Source: an uncultured Desulfobacter sp. (GTDB lineage Bacteria; Desulfobacterota; Desulfobacteria; Desulfobacterales; Desulfobacteraceae). Taken from it: a stretch of DNA of 64,000 nucleotides. Within the stretch, counting starts at the first letter, position 1, and every line of letters starts with the position of its first letter. A program made the translations under genes and the position numbers. Of the stretch, positions 48,832 through 59,315 are shown piece by piece. The stretch spans positions 5,920,001 through 5,984,000 of the forward strand of contig OY762069.1 of assembly GCA_963665095.1 (NCBI GenBank). Reading direction: 5' to 3'. A model generated the notes under the pieces. The model was given only the letters and a program-made list of their open reading frames with translations. It made no database searches and was not told the origin of the DNA.

Positions 48832-50922
48832 ATGTGGCAGTCAATTTTGATGATGGGTGGTTTAGGTGTCGCGATCGGCACGGCTCTTGTGATCGCATCA
48901 AAGGCATTTTATGTATATGAGGATCCAAAAGTTGCAGCAATAAATGATGCCCTTCCGGGGGCTAACTGCGGCGGGTGCGGGTATCCCGGATGTTCGGCCA
49001 ATGCTGAGGCCATTGCCGAGGGCAAGCAGGATGTCAATTCCTGTGTGGCTGCCGGCGATGATGTGGCTATGGCCATTGCTGCAATCATGGGGGTGTCCCT
49101 GTCTGAAAAGGAGCCGGAATTTGCCTCTCCCGGGTGCCATGTCGGCACACAGGATGCGGATCTGAATTTTGAGTATATGGGGCTTCAGGACTGCCGGGCC
49201 GCCGTCATGCTCATGGGTGGGATGAAAGTGTGCCGGGTGGGATGTTTAGGCCTTGGTACCTGTACAACAGCCTGCAAATTCGGGGCACTGACCATGGGTG
49301 AAGATCATCTTCCCAAAGTAGACCAGGAAAAATGTACGGGATGCGGTGCCTGTGAAAATATCTGTCCGAAAAACATTATCCGCGTGACCTCTGTCCGTCG
49401 CAGAATCATGCATGAACTGACCCTGGATGAATGCACCACACCCTGTCAGCGGGCGTGTCCCTCAGGGATTAATATAAAAGAATACATCCGTTTGATCCGG
49501 GAAGAAGATTACCATGGGGCGTTGCAGGTGATTAAGGAACGTATGCCGCTGCCTACTGTTATTTCCCGGATTTGTCCGGCCCTGTGCGAATCTGACTGTC
49601 GCAGACTGCACCAGGATGAAGCCGTGGCAATTAATCATCTCAAACGGTTTGTTTGTGATTATGAGATGAACCAGGATAAACGTGTTCAGCCCTATTGTGC
49701 CCCTTCCTCCGGCAAAAAGGTGGCCATCATCGGTGGCGGCGTTGAAGGGCTTGCTGCAGGCTTCTTCAGTGCCCGGTTAGGTCATGGGGCGGCTGTGTAT
49801 GAGGCCAGCACTGTTTTTGGCGGACTGCTGAGAAAAGCAATTGCCCGGGAGCGGCTCTCCATGGATGTGCTGGACTGGGATATTCAGGGGATTGCCAATC
49901 TTGGAGTTGAACTGAAATCCGGACAAAAGGCCGGCGTTGACTTTACTATCCCGGGGCTTCTGAAAGAGGGCTATGACGCGGTATATACTGCTACGGGCGG
50001 ATGGGATTCCCGTCTGGCCAGCAATGATATCAGTTCAGCTGCTAATGTTATTCCCGGGGCCTGGCTGCTGATGGACCTTTTAAGAAGCAAAAATGATACA
50101 TGCATCAAGGTGGATGTTAAAGATGTGGCCGTGATTGCCGGCGGCGGTACAAGACTGCCGGAAGCAGTTGAACTGTTAACTGCAGGAGGCGCCAAAAAGG
50201 TCATTGTGATATCACGCAAGCCAAAAGGAACAGCTAATGAGGCTGTTGATAAGGCTCTGGCCAAGACCGGCGCTGAAATTATTTACAATACAGCGGTCAC
50301 CCGTGTCATGGGAACAAATGAATTTTTGACAGGTATTGAGTATATTGAGCTTGACACCGGTATTCAGCATGTTATTGATACTAATACCCTTATTATAGGT
50401 GCAGGGCGTTTTCCTGAACTGGCGTTTGTTCCGGTGATCGACACAGTTGAAGATGAAGATACTGATGAAACAGATGCTTCGGGTGAAGTTGCTGAGAACA
50501 CAGACTTGATCTGGCAGGGAGTTGAACTGCAGAAAAAGCCGGAAATAGGTATGGAAATAGGGCTCTTATCCCGCCAGGATATTATCTCTGAATATCCTGC
50601 TGCTGTGGCAGCCATTAACGGTGGAAGACGGGGCGCAACGCTGATGCATCATCTGATGTATGATATTGAGCTGCCTGAAAAGGACCGGTTGCTCACCCAG
50701 GATTGTAAAGTACAAAATGTTTTTTCCATCAGACAGGTTGCCCCTTCAGCCCGGAATATTCTGGAAATTTCAGCACCAGGCAGCTCGCTTAAATCCGGAT
50801 TTTCCACAGGGTTTACAGCTGAACAGGCCAGGCAGGAAGCTCATAGATGCCTGCAATGCGGCCTGATCTGTTATGAAAAAACAGGATGTACGATTGCAAA
50901 AAGGGAGTCCACCAGCATTTAA
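48832..50922 (+). CDS. RnfB-like Fe-S protein fused to a GltD-like FAD/NAD(P) oxidoreductase domain
   Basis: N-terminal TM, LPGANCGGCGYPGC, ferredoxin motifs, PCQRACP/RICPALCE, Rossmann-like segments and EAHRCLQC. Confidence 0.85.
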   Translation: MWQSILMMGGLGVAIGTALVIASKAFYVYEDPKVAAINDALPGANCGGCGYPGCSANAEAIAEGKQDVNSCVAAGDDVAMAIAAIMGVSLSEKEPEFASPGCHVGTQDADLNFEYMGLQDCRAAVMLMGGMKVCRVGCLGLGTCTTACKFGALTMGEDHLPKVDQEKCTGCGACENICPKNIIRVTSVRRRIMHELTLDECTTPCQRACPSGINIKEYIRLIREEDYHGALQVIKERMPLPTVISRICPALCESDCRRLHQDEAVAINHLKRFVCDYEMNQDKRVQPYCAPSSGKKVAIIGGGVEGLAAGFFSARLGHGAAVYEASTVFGGLLRKAIARERLSMDVLDWDIQGIANLGVELKSGQKAGVDFTIPGLLKEGYDAVYTATGGWDSRLASNDISSAANVIPGAWLLMDLLRSKNDTCIKVDVKDVAVIAGGGTRLPEAVELLTAGGAKKVIVISRKPKGTANEAVDKALAKTGAEIIYNTAVTRVMGTNEFLTGIEYIELDTGIQHVIDTNTLIIGAGRFPELAFVPVIDTVEDEDTDETDASGEVAENTDLIWQGVELQKKPEIGMEIGLLSRQDIISEYPAAVAAINGGRRGATLMHHLMYDIELPEKDRLLTQDCKVQNVFSIRQVAPSARNILEISAPGSSLKSGFSTGFTAEQARQEAHRCLQCGLICYEKTGCTIAKRESTSI

Positions 50923-50942
50923 TAAAATTATCAAGAGCAGAT

Positions 50943-52961
50943 ATGAGACCTGAACAGATTCTCGTTGCTGATGATGAAGACCGGATTGTTGAAAGCATTG
51001 CCCGTTGCCTGACTCGGGAAGGGTTTAATGTATCCCGCGCCTATGACGGTAGCCAGGCAGTATCACTGTTCCGGAAACAAAAGTTTGATCTTGTTCTTCT
51101 GGATATCTCTATGCCTGAGATGGATGGATATGAAGCCATGGCCCAGATGCTGAGTCTGGATCCAGACGCTTTGATTATCATCATGACTGGATTTGCTTCG
51201 GTTGAGTCTGCGGTAACTGCGCTAAAGCAGGGAGCCTGGGACTATCTAAAAAAACCCTTTGAATTTGCAGACCTGATTAAAACCGTTAAAAACGGGGTTA
51301 CCCAGCATAATCTGATTACTGAGAAAAAAGTGGTTTCAGCCCGCCTTGAGGCATCTGAAAAGCAGTATCAGTATATGGTGAATAATTCTCCGGATCTGAT
51401 TTTTACCCTGGACGAAAATTTGTGCTTCTCATTTGTTAATCAGCAGTTTGAGACTGTACTGGGATATCCGGAAAATGAAATTCAGGGCATTCCCTTTGTA
51501 AATATTCTTCATGGGGATGACTGTGCTAAGATTTCCCGGGTGATACAGGCCTTGTTGGAAGAAAATCATGACAGGCAACCGCCTGGAAACAGTATTGAGA
51601 TGCACCTGCGGTTTAAAAAAGCCAGTGACGAAGAGAGCCGGTATGATCCTTATGCCGGTTTTGCATTTATGGAGATGAAGGCATCGGCCTTTTGTCTGGA
51701 TAGTGATACCCCTGCCCCCGGACTTCATGGTGTGTACGGAGTGGCCCGGGATGTTACAGAGCGCTTCCGGCTTGAGGCTCAATTGCGGCAGGCACAGAAA
51801 ATGGAGGCCATCGGGACCCTTGCCGGTGGTATTGCCCATGATTTTAATAATATCCTCATGGGTATCCAGGGGTATTCCTCTCTGGTTAAAAGTGGTTTCA
51901 GCAGTGAATCTGATGTCTATAAACGGCTGGCAAATATTGACGAATACGTCCACAGTGGTGCAGAAATGGCCAGCCAGTTGTTGGGATTTTCCCAGAAAAG
52001 CTGTCACAAGCCGGCAACATGCATGAATTTGAATTTTCTGCTCAAGATGTCAGCCAAAATGTTTGGCCGCACCAGAAAAGATATTGTTATCTATCAGGAG
52101 CTGGAAAAAAGTTTGTGGCGGACAGAAGTGGATGAGGTTCAGCTCAAACAAGTACTGATGAATCTGTTTGTCAATGCCTGGCAGGCCATGCCCGGTGGCG
52201 GAAAAATCACCGTAAAATCGGAAAATGTAGTTATTGACTGCTCTGGTATTAAAACCATTGGGCTTGAACAGCCCGGCGATTATATCAAGGTCTCTGTGGC
52301 AGATACCGGTATTGGCATGGACAAGGATACGCTTTCTCGTATTTTTGATCCTTTTTTCACCACCAAGGCCCGGGGGCAGGGAACAGGCCTGGGTTTATCA
52401 ACTGCCTTCGGAATTATTAAAGGCCACAAGGGATGCTTTGAAGTGGAATCCCTCCCAGGTAAAGGCAGTGTGTTTATGTTCTATCTGCCTGCAGCAAAAA
52501 AAGAGGTATTCTGCGATCAAACGGTTCCTGTAGCCCGGAAAGATGCCAGAGTGATTGAGGGAAAAGGTCGTGTGCTTCTGGTGGATGATGAAAAAGGGGT
52601 GATCGAAGTATGCAGGGAGATGCTTGAAACCCTGGGCTATGAGGTGCTTGTTGCCCAAAATGGCGACCAGGCCGTATCCATGGTTCAAAATGATACTTCC
52701 GGTATTGATTTGATGATTCTGGATATGGTTATGCCAGGAATGGATGGTCCCAGGACCTATGAGGCAGTTCGCCGGATGAATGCCGATATCCGGGTACTGG
52801 TTTGTTCCGGCTATGCGAAAAAGGAAGATATCCAGCAGATGATTGCCAAGGGGTGTGATGATTTTATTTTGAAACCCTTTGACGTTGTTAAGTTGTCACA
52901 AAAGCTTGAATCCGTCTTTAATTTTCCGGGAACAAACCCCAGGATTCCAAATCCAGCCTGA
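50943..52961 (+). CDS. Hybrid sensor kinase (REC-PAS-HisKA-HATPase-REC)
   Basis: AHDFNN H-box, NAWQAM, PFFTTK and GTGLGL motifs; two receiver domains. Confidence 0.92.
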   Translation: MRPEQILVADDEDRIVESIARCLTREGFNVSRAYDGSQAVSLFRKQKFDLVLLDISMPEMDGYEAMAQMLSLDPDALIIIMTGFASVESAVTALKQGAWDYLKKPFEFADLIKTVKNGVTQHNLITEKKVVSARLEASEKQYQYMVNNSPDLIFTLDENLCFSFVNQQFETVLGYPENEIQGIPFVNILHGDDCAKISRVIQALLEENHDRQPPGNSIEMHLRFKKASDEESRYDPYAGFAFMEMKASAFCLDSDTPAPGLHGVYGVARDVTERFRLEAQLRQAQKMEAIGTLAGGIAHDFNNILMGIQGYSSLVKSGFSSESDVYKRLANIDEYVHSGAEMASQLLGFSQKSCHKPATCMNLNFLLKMSAKMFGRTRKDIVIYQELEKSLWRTEVDEVQLKQVLMNLFVNAWQAMPGGGKITVKSENVVIDCSGIKTIGLEQPGDYIKVSVADTGIGMDKDTLSRIFDPFFTTKARGQGTGLGLSTAFGIIKGHKGCFEVESLPGKGSVFMFYLPAAKKEVFCDQTVPVARKDARVIEGKGRVLLVDDEKGVIEVCREMLETLGYEVLVAQNGDQAVSMVQNDTSGIDLMILDMVMPGMDGPRTYEAVRRMNADIRVLVCSGYAKKEDIQQMIAKGCDDFILKPFDVVKLSQKLESVFNFPGTNPRIPNPA

Positions 52962-52989
52962 TTATAGAGTTTTTTCTTTAACAAAAAAA

Positions 52990-53022
52990 ATGTACCCGGA
53001 AAAAAACTTTTTCCGGGTACAT
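52990..53022. terminator. Terminator between convergent kinase and ppaC
   Basis: ATGTACCCGGAAAAA/TTTTTCCGGGTACAT stem. Confidence 0.75.
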
Positions 53023-53079
53023 AATTATCAGGCTGTCTGCCGGATTAAGGGCTGACAAAACCTGTAATCGGCAAGCTGA

Positions 53080-54000
53080 TTAACCGAAAACTTTTTCCAG
53101 GAAAGGAATGATCTGTTTTTTGCGGCTCATGATGCCGGGCAGCCAGCATTTGCCGTCAACCGGTTTTTCGCCAAAGGCTTTTTCAACCACAGATTCGTCG
53201 TCAGAAGCCACGAGAAGCTCGGTGCCTTCTTTCATGATGTCAGTGAGCATCAGAAGAACTGTGTGATGTCCTTTTTCTGCTTTCATGGCCTGGATGTCTT
53301 TTTCAAGATCAGCTTTGATACCGTCAACGATGGAGAGGTCAACCAGTTCGAGCTGTCCGCAGCCAACGCCGGAGCCGCCCATGTTGAAGTCTTTGTAGTC
53401 GCGCAGAACCAGCTCGCGGATCGGGGTGCCTTCCACTGCAGATTTAACCTTGAACATTTCAATGCCCAGGGTATCAAGATCAGATTCGCCACAGATTTCA
53501 GACAGTTTTGCGCAGACTTCTTTGTCTTTGTCTGTGCAGGTGGCGGATTTGAAGATAACAGTGTCGGACAGGATGGCGCACAGCATGGCACCGGCAACGC
53601 CCTTGGGGATTTCAACGTTGAAGTAGTCGTACATGGACGCAATTACGGTACAGGTGCAGCCAACAGGCCAGATCCAGCATTCCAGGGGCTGTCCGGTGGT
53701 GACATCACCCAGTTTGTGATGGTCAACAATGCCCAGGATGTTGGCGTCGCCCAGATCGTCAGGGCTCTGTGCCAGGTCGGAATGATCCACCAGATAAACA
53801 TCTTTGCCGGCATAGCTGGTGACAACTTCAGGTGCTGTCAGACCAAATTTGTCCAGAACAAATTTTGATTCCGGGTTCAGTTCGCCCTGTACGGCAGGGG
53901 CGATATCTTCACCAAGGCTTTTTTTCAGATCAGCCAGCGCAATGGCGGCGACCACGGAGTCGGTATCCGGGTTTTTGTGACCAAATACAAGAGTTGACAT
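53080..54000 (-). CDS. ppaC: Mn-dependent inorganic pyrophosphatase (family II)
   Basis: GHKNPDTDS, VDHH, ILSDT and SRKKQ motifs. Confidence 0.95.
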   Translation of the reverse strand: MSTLVFGHKNPDTDSVVAAIALADLKKSLGEDIAPAVQGELNPESKFVLDKFGLTAPEVVTSYAGKDVYLVDHSDLAQSPDDLGDANILGIVDHHKLGDVTTGQPLECWIWPVGCTCTVIASMYDYFNVEIPKGVAGAMLCAILSDTVIFKSATCTDKDKEVCAKLSEICGESDLDTLGIEMFKVKSAVEGTPIRELVLRDYKDFNMGGSGVGCGQLELVDLSIVDGIKADLEKDIQAMKAEKGHHTVLLMLTDIMKEGTELLVASDDESVVEKAFGEKPVDGKCWLPGIMSRKKQIIPFLEKVFG

Positions 54001-54517
54001 AAAACCTCCTATAGTTTTTGTCGCAGGGTTATAATGCTAATCCTAAAAGATGGCCCTGCCCACCATGGGCAGCCATCAATTTAATTCTAAAATTAATACC
54101 ATCAATACCACCTGTAGCTTATAGAATTTATCAGCTTCAACCTCAAGTAAAATTTAAAAAAACAAAGGCCGGATATGACATCTTTTAAGTAGTCTCACAC
54201 ACTGTTTCTTTGAGATGCATGACGCTCCAGGCATTTCAGCACTTCCTGAGATAAAAATATATCCATAAATATCTGTCCATTGGTGTCGCCATTTCAAAGG
54301 GCGGGTCAAAGGCGAGCCTATGGGGAAATATCCTTGATGATAGTTTTTAAAAACAGGGGGTTGAAAATTTTGAATTTTTCTTGATCCATGTTCAAAAAAT
54401 GGATAGTATTTATTTAACCTTATCTGGCTGCATAAGCATTTCATAGCATTTCATAAAATGCTGCGTAATCATTAGTACCCGCTCATTCGCAGTGTTAACC
54501 TTAATTTAGGAGAAAAA

Positions 54518-54880
54518 ATGGCTGAAATTTTATTGATTGATGATTCCTGGCTGACCAGACGAGTGCTGAAAACGATGATTACCAATTCCGGCCATACAGT
54601 GATAGAGGCCGATAACGGTGAAAAGGCCCTGGATATGATCCGAACCGGGACACGACCTGACTGCATTATTCTGGATCTTCTTATGCCCGAGATGGATGGG
54701 TATGAAGTGCTGATTGAATTAAAGGAAATGGGTTCGACCGTGCCGGTTATTGTATGGAGTGCTGATATCCAGAATACAGCCAGGTCAAAATGTACAGACC
54801 TGGGCGCTGTAAATTTTTTGAATAAACCACCAGAAGCCCGGGAGGTTAATTCCGTTATTAAAAAGGTACTGGTGGGGTAA
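54518..54880 (+). CDS. Single-domain response regulator (CheY-like)
   Basis: LIDD, LDLLMPEMDG and KP motifs. Confidence 0.9.
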   Translation: MAEILLIDDSWLTRRVLKTMITNSGHTVIEADNGEKALDMIRTGTRPDCIILDLLMPEMDGYEVLIELKEMGSTVPVIVWSADIQNTARSKCTDLGAVNFLNKPPEAREVNSVIKKVLVG

Positions 54881-55221
54881 TGCTTGATCCGGCAAACATG
54901 CTGAATATGAGTGAAAGGCAGGTCGAGAAAATAGTTTCAAAAAGAGAATGCCAAGGTCTGAAAAAATATTTTTAGGTCTTTTGTGTTCTGCTTATTTGTC
55001 TTCGTTAGGTTGGATTATGTGTCAGGCTATGTTGGTTTGGTTCAAAACGGCTGTTTATCGTGCCTGTGGCCAGCTGTTTGAAAAGAAAAAGAACTCAATA
55101 TTCCGAAAATCAAATAAAAAGGGCCGAAATAGCCTCTATGTTCAGTATGGAATATTCTGTTTATTTTAAAAAAAATATGTAATATCGAATAGTTATAAAA
55201 TATAATACCAAGTCACTTTTC

Positions 55222-55237
55222 TGGTACTCATCCTGCA
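55222..55237 (+). promoter_or_regulatory. Possible sigma54 promoter
   Basis: TGGTACTCATCCTGCA has GG-N10-GC spacing, about 85 nt upstream of the DUF418 gene. Confidence 0.35.
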
Positions 55238-55321
55238 AACCTTTTCGCCTCGTTAAGCTGTTATCACGCAGGTGCTGTCAGACCTGCCATTTAACAACTA
55301 TAACCCGGCAGGTAAGCGGGT

Positions 55322-56491
55322 TTGCAGCAACCAGGAAAGCGCATTTTGATATCATTTTTCCGTCCGGATACTTCAAAGAAAGCAGTCGGCAGAGTCGTGG
55401 GGTATGACATGGCAAGGGGGGTTGCCATATTTGCCATGCTGATCATTGATTTTCAAACCTTTTTTTCGGTGTGTGACACCTTTCCGTCCTGGCTTTTCCG
55501 AGTGGTGGAATACATGGACCGAAGGGCTGCCGTTGTTCTGGTGATTGTTTCCGGAGCGGGTTTAAGTCTGATGTTCCGCAGGGCCGGTATACAACAAAAC
55601 AGAAAGCCACTTTTAAAGCGGGCGGTATTCCTGTTACTGGCCGGTGCTCTTCTGGTGCAGATATGGCGGGCAGACATTCTCCACTATTATGGTGCGTTTA
55701 TTATCATTGGTATTTTCCTTTCCAGGCTTTCCAGCCCCCAGCTTCTGGTTGCTGCCTTTGCAGCCTGGCTGGCAGGGCTGATCCAGATGGTTGATCCGGC
55801 CATCAATTGTCTGGAAAGCCTGCCTTTATTGAGTCTGTCCGGTCAAGTTTCCGACCTGTTGTTTACCGGTTATTATCCTTTATTTCCATGGGCGGCGCTT
55901 TATATCTTCGGCATGTGGCTGGGCCGGCAGAATGTGGCTGATCCGGTTTTTCAATTCAGGCTTCTTGCCGCAGGTCTTGGTCTGGTCGTGTTATCTGAGT
56001 GTGCAAGCCTGTTTCTCCCCGGAGCAATCGGTCGTATGTCTCTGAATGTTGGTTATTCCGGAGAGCAGGTGACTGGAATTTTGGGGGTGGCTGTCAGGGC
56101 AACCTGGATTGACCTGAGCGCCTCTACGCCGCTATCCGTCATTTCGGGACTGGGAACCGGGATCTGTGTGGTTGTGATCAGCTTTGTACTGTCCGGATTC
56201 GCAGGGTATTCCCTGCCAGCCTGTTTTATTACAGCCGGGAAAAATACTCTTTCTTTGTATGTGCTGCACATTCTTTTTATCCGGATGGTCGAATATCTGC
56301 CCGGCATCAGGGAGGACTATCCTCTTTTACCGGTCCTGGGCGCTGCGGTTCTGTTTTTTATGGTATATATGCGCCTGACAAGGTGGTGGTTGAAGACCCA
56401 CCCCAACGGCCCACTTGAATGGGCCATGCGTCATTTTCCCTATGTAAATGAAAAATGGCTCTGGCCTGGGCCGGCGGCGCAGAAAAGCTGA
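55322..56491 (+). CDS. DUF418/DUF1624-like membrane protein (acyltransferase-like)
   Basis: DMARGVAIFAM, DILHYYG, GYYPLFPW, LSLYVLH and GPLEW motifs; start uncertain. Confidence 0.75.
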   Translation: MQQPGKRILISFFRPDTSKKAVGRVVGYDMARGVAIFAMLIIDFQTFFSVCDTFPSWLFRVVEYMDRRAAVVLVIVSGAGLSLMFRRAGIQQNRKPLLKRAVFLLLAGALLVQIWRADILHYYGAFIIIGIFLSRLSSPQLLVAAFAAWLAGLIQMVDPAINCLESLPLLSLSGQVSDLLFTGYYPLFPWAALYIFGMWLGRQNVADPVFQFRLLAAGLGLVVLSECASLFLPGAIGRMSLNVGYSGEQVTGILGVAVRATWIDLSASTPLSVISGLGTGICVVVISFVLSGFAGYSLPACFITAGKNTLSLYVLHILFIRMVEYLPGIREDYPLLPVLGAAVLFFMVYMRLTRWWLKTHPNGPLEWAMRHFPYVNEKWLWPGPAAQKS

Positions 56492-56497
56492 TAACAG

Positions 56498-56531
56498 CCA
56501 GGCCCGGCAGCAGATAAGCGGCCGGGCCTGG
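56498..56531. terminator. Hairpin between convergent genes
   Basis: CCAGGCCCGGC/GCCGGGCCTGG stem. Confidence 0.6.
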
Positions 56532-56584
56532 TGGTCAGTGCCTGGTTGAGGAAATCTCTGGATTGGAACAGCTATCCGTGCACT

Positions 56585-58333
56585 CTATTTCTCCCGAAGT
56601 TCCCGGCGCAGCACTTTGCCGATATTGGATACCGGAATATTGTCTCTGAATTCAATGGCCCTGGGTCGTTTGTAACCGGCCATATTCTCCCTGCAGAAAG
56701 CCATGATCTCTTCTTCAGTGGCGGTTTGACCCTCTTTAAGCTTAATAAACGCCTTTACCGTTTCTCCGCTGTGTTTATTTGCCACGCCCACAACGGCGCA
56801 TAATTCCACTTTGGGGTGGGTATACAGGATATCCTCCACATCCCTGGGATAGACATTAAACCCGCCCACAATGATCATATCTTTTTTTCTGTCCGTGATA
56901 ACAATATATCCGTCCTCGTCAATATGACCAATGTCGCCGGTGAGAAAATACCGCTTGCCTTCAAGGGTGACAAAGACCTGGTCATTGGCATCCGGCCGGT
57001 TCCAGTATCCTTTCATGACCTGGGGACCGCAGGCTGCCACCTCACCGTCTTCGCCCCTGGGCATCTCCTTTGTGGGGTCTTCAATATTAAGGATTTTGAT
57101 GTCCGTACCGGGCAGGGGAAATCCAATGGAACCGATTTTTCTGGTATCCCGGTTGGTGGGATTGGCAGACAGCACGGGTGCTGTTTCCGTCAGGCCATAC
57201 CCTTCAAAGATGACAGACCCGGTTTTTTCCTCAAACTGGCGGCAGACATCCGGCGGCATGGGTGCCCCGCCTGAAAAACATCCCATCAGGGAAGAGAGAT
57301 CATAGTCGTCAAGTTTGGCATGGTTGGTAAAGGCCACAAAAATTGTGGGCACTGCCGGCATGAGTGTGGGGCGGTACTTCTGGACTGCTTTGAGGACCTC
57401 GGTAAAGGGCGGGTTGCCTGCCCGGGGGTCGGGGATGCAGATCAGGCGGCTGCCGGAGCCGGCTGCGCTTAGCATGGCCACGGAAATGCCGAAGCTGTGG
57501 TACCAGGGAAGAATGCCTAAAAAACAGTGATATCCGCCGGGGTAGGATTTTTCCAGGGGCCTGCCTTCACCATGGGAGAGCCGCAGGTATTCCATGAGCG
57601 CTGCTGCCTGGTAGGTGAAGTTGGTGTGCACAAGCTCAGCCCCTTTGGGAATGCCGGTGGTGCCGCCGGTATAGAGCATCACGGCCGTGTCGTTTTCCGG
57701 ATCAATGGTGACCTGGGGCGGTTCGGGCCTGGATTGGGCAATCATATCATCAAACATGATATGCCCGGGTTCATGATGATCCGCTTTGGGCAGTTTTCCT
57801 AAGAGACCGCCAATAAACGATTGAAGTTTTGGCAGATAGCTTTTGATGTTGCAGATCACCACGGTTTTAACCTCTGTCCCTTCAATGGCTTTCACCGTAT
57901 TGGGATAAAAGGTGGGGTGATCCATGCAGAAAACCATTTTGGCTGTGGAATCATTCAGCTGCTGCCTGAGCTCCGATGGTGTGTAGATCGGGTTACAGTT
58001 CACTGCCACGGCACCGGCTTTGGTGATACCGAACAGAATTTCAGGAAAATGGGGCAGGTTGGGCAGAAAAATGGCAACCTTGTCACCTTTTTGAATGCCT
58101 TTCTGTGCCAGAAAAAAAGCGATGCGGTCTGCTGTATCCTTTACCTGTGCAAAGGTCTTTTTTGCCCCGTTGAATATGGTGAAGACCTTGTCGGGATAAC
58201 GGGATGCTGAGTCATCCAGAAGTTTAAAAACGGGAAAGTGATAGTCGGTAACCTCTCGGGCGACACCTTCGGGCCAGAGTGGGGTATTCCAGGGACCGGC
58301 TGCCATGTTTGCCTGGTTTGTCTGCGCTGCCAT
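56585..58333 (-). CDS. Long-chain fatty acid-CoA ligase (FadD-like)
   Basis: YTGGTTGIPKG, EGYGLTE, TGDIG and GFNVYP motifs. Confidence 0.92.
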   Translation of the reverse strand: MAAQTNQANMAAGPWNTPLWPEGVAREVTDYHFPVFKLLDDSASRYPDKVFTIFNGAKKTFAQVKDTADRIAFFLAQKGIQKGDKVAIFLPNLPHFPEILFGITKAGAVAVNCNPIYTPSELRQQLNDSTAKMVFCMDHPTFYPNTVKAIEGTEVKTVVICNIKSYLPKLQSFIGGLLGKLPKADHHEPGHIMFDDMIAQSRPEPPQVTIDPENDTAVMLYTGGTTGIPKGAELVHTNFTYQAAALMEYLRLSHGEGRPLEKSYPGGYHCFLGILPWYHSFGISVAMLSAAGSGSRLICIPDPRAGNPPFTEVLKAVQKYRPTLMPAVPTIFVAFTNHAKLDDYDLSSLMGCFSGGAPMPPDVCRQFEEKTGSVIFEGYGLTETAPVLSANPTNRDTRKIGSIGFPLPGTDIKILNIEDPTKEMPRGEDGEVAACGPQVMKGYWNRPDANDQVFVTLEGKRYFLTGDIGHIDEDGYIVITDRKKDMIIVGGFNVYPRDVEDILYTHPKVELCAVVGVANKHSGETVKAFIKLKEGQTATEEEIMAFCRENMAGYKRPRAIEFRDNIPVSNIGKVLRRELREK

Positions 58334-58512
58334 GTGGGGGGACCTCCTCTTTATTGTATATCAACTGAACTGCCAAGCGTTGGGCAGTATACTGAACCGT
58401 TTAAGGGCCGATCAAATATACATAATGAGCAATGTAGATACGTTTATATCTTGATGACCGGCGTTTGCCAAATAATTTTTTCAATTTTTTGTTGCGATTA
58501 AACCATATTTAC

Positions 58513-58545
58513 TATATTTAAATATAAAAAATATGCATATTTTTT
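58513..58545. promoter_or_regulatory. Two adjacent perfect palindromes, candidate TetR operator
   Basis: TATATTTAAATATA (58513-58526) and AAAAAATATGCATATTTTTT (58526-58545) just upstream of the TetR gene. Confidence 0.5.
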
Positions 58546-58574
58546 GATAGTAATTTCATATTAAGGAGAGGGGC

Positions 58575-59315
58575 ATGAAAATCAGCCAAAATAAAAAGCT
58601 TGAAAATCGGCGTAAAATTATTGCCGCACTGGTGGATATGGTCATTGAAAAAGATCTGAAGAACGCCACCATGCGCGGTATTGCCAAAAAAGCGGGCGTG
58701 GGGGATGCCACTATCTATAATTATTTCCCAACCAAAGACGCCATGGTCTATGCCTATTACGAAGACCGACTGGATCAGGCCATTGATACCCTGCGGGCCA
58801 TTCCTGATTTTAATACCTATTCTTTCCAGGAACAGTTACAGACCTTTTTTGAAACCCAGCTTGAGATACTGATTGCCGACCGGGAGTTCCTGGAAAATAC
58901 ATTTAAGACCGCTTTTTTCACCCTGAGCCAGGATTATGCCCGGATCAAACCGGTCAAGGAGAAGTTTATCAGTGTGATCCGTGATATCTTTGAGGCTGCC
59001 ATTGAGGCCAGGGAGATTGATGACCAGGTGTTTCTGGATCTTTCTTTGCAGATGTTCTGGGAATACTATATTGGTATTATCATCTACTGGCTGAAGGATG
59101 ATTCAGATATGTTCTCATCCACTACCCTGCTCATCGACAAAAGCCTGGATATTGCTTCCGCCTCCATCAAAGCCGGAATCGGCAATAAAATTTTTGATAT
59201 GGGGATGCTGCTGTTCAAAAATCATTTTCTGTCCAGAATGGATGTCATCCGGGAGCGGGTGGATCTTGTTCATGGCATTAAACGTAAATTCATGGATGGG
59301 GTGAATGACAAATAA
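58575..59315 (+). CDS. TetR family regulator with COQ9-like C-terminal motif
   Basis: TMRGIAKKAGVGDATIYNYFPTK HTH; C-terminal YWLKDDS...TTLLIDKSL. Confidence 0.88.
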   Translation: MKISQNKKLENRRKIIAALVDMVIEKDLKNATMRGIAKKAGVGDATIYNYFPTKDAMVYAYYEDRLDQAIDTLRAIPDFNTYSFQEQLQTFFETQLEILIADREFLENTFKTAFFTLSQDYARIKPVKEKFISVIRDIFEAAIEAREIDDQVFLDLSLQMFWEYYIGIIIYWLKDDSDMFSSTTLLIDKSLDIASASIKAGIGNKIFDMGMLLFKNHFLSRMDVIRERVDLVHGIKRKFMDGVNDK

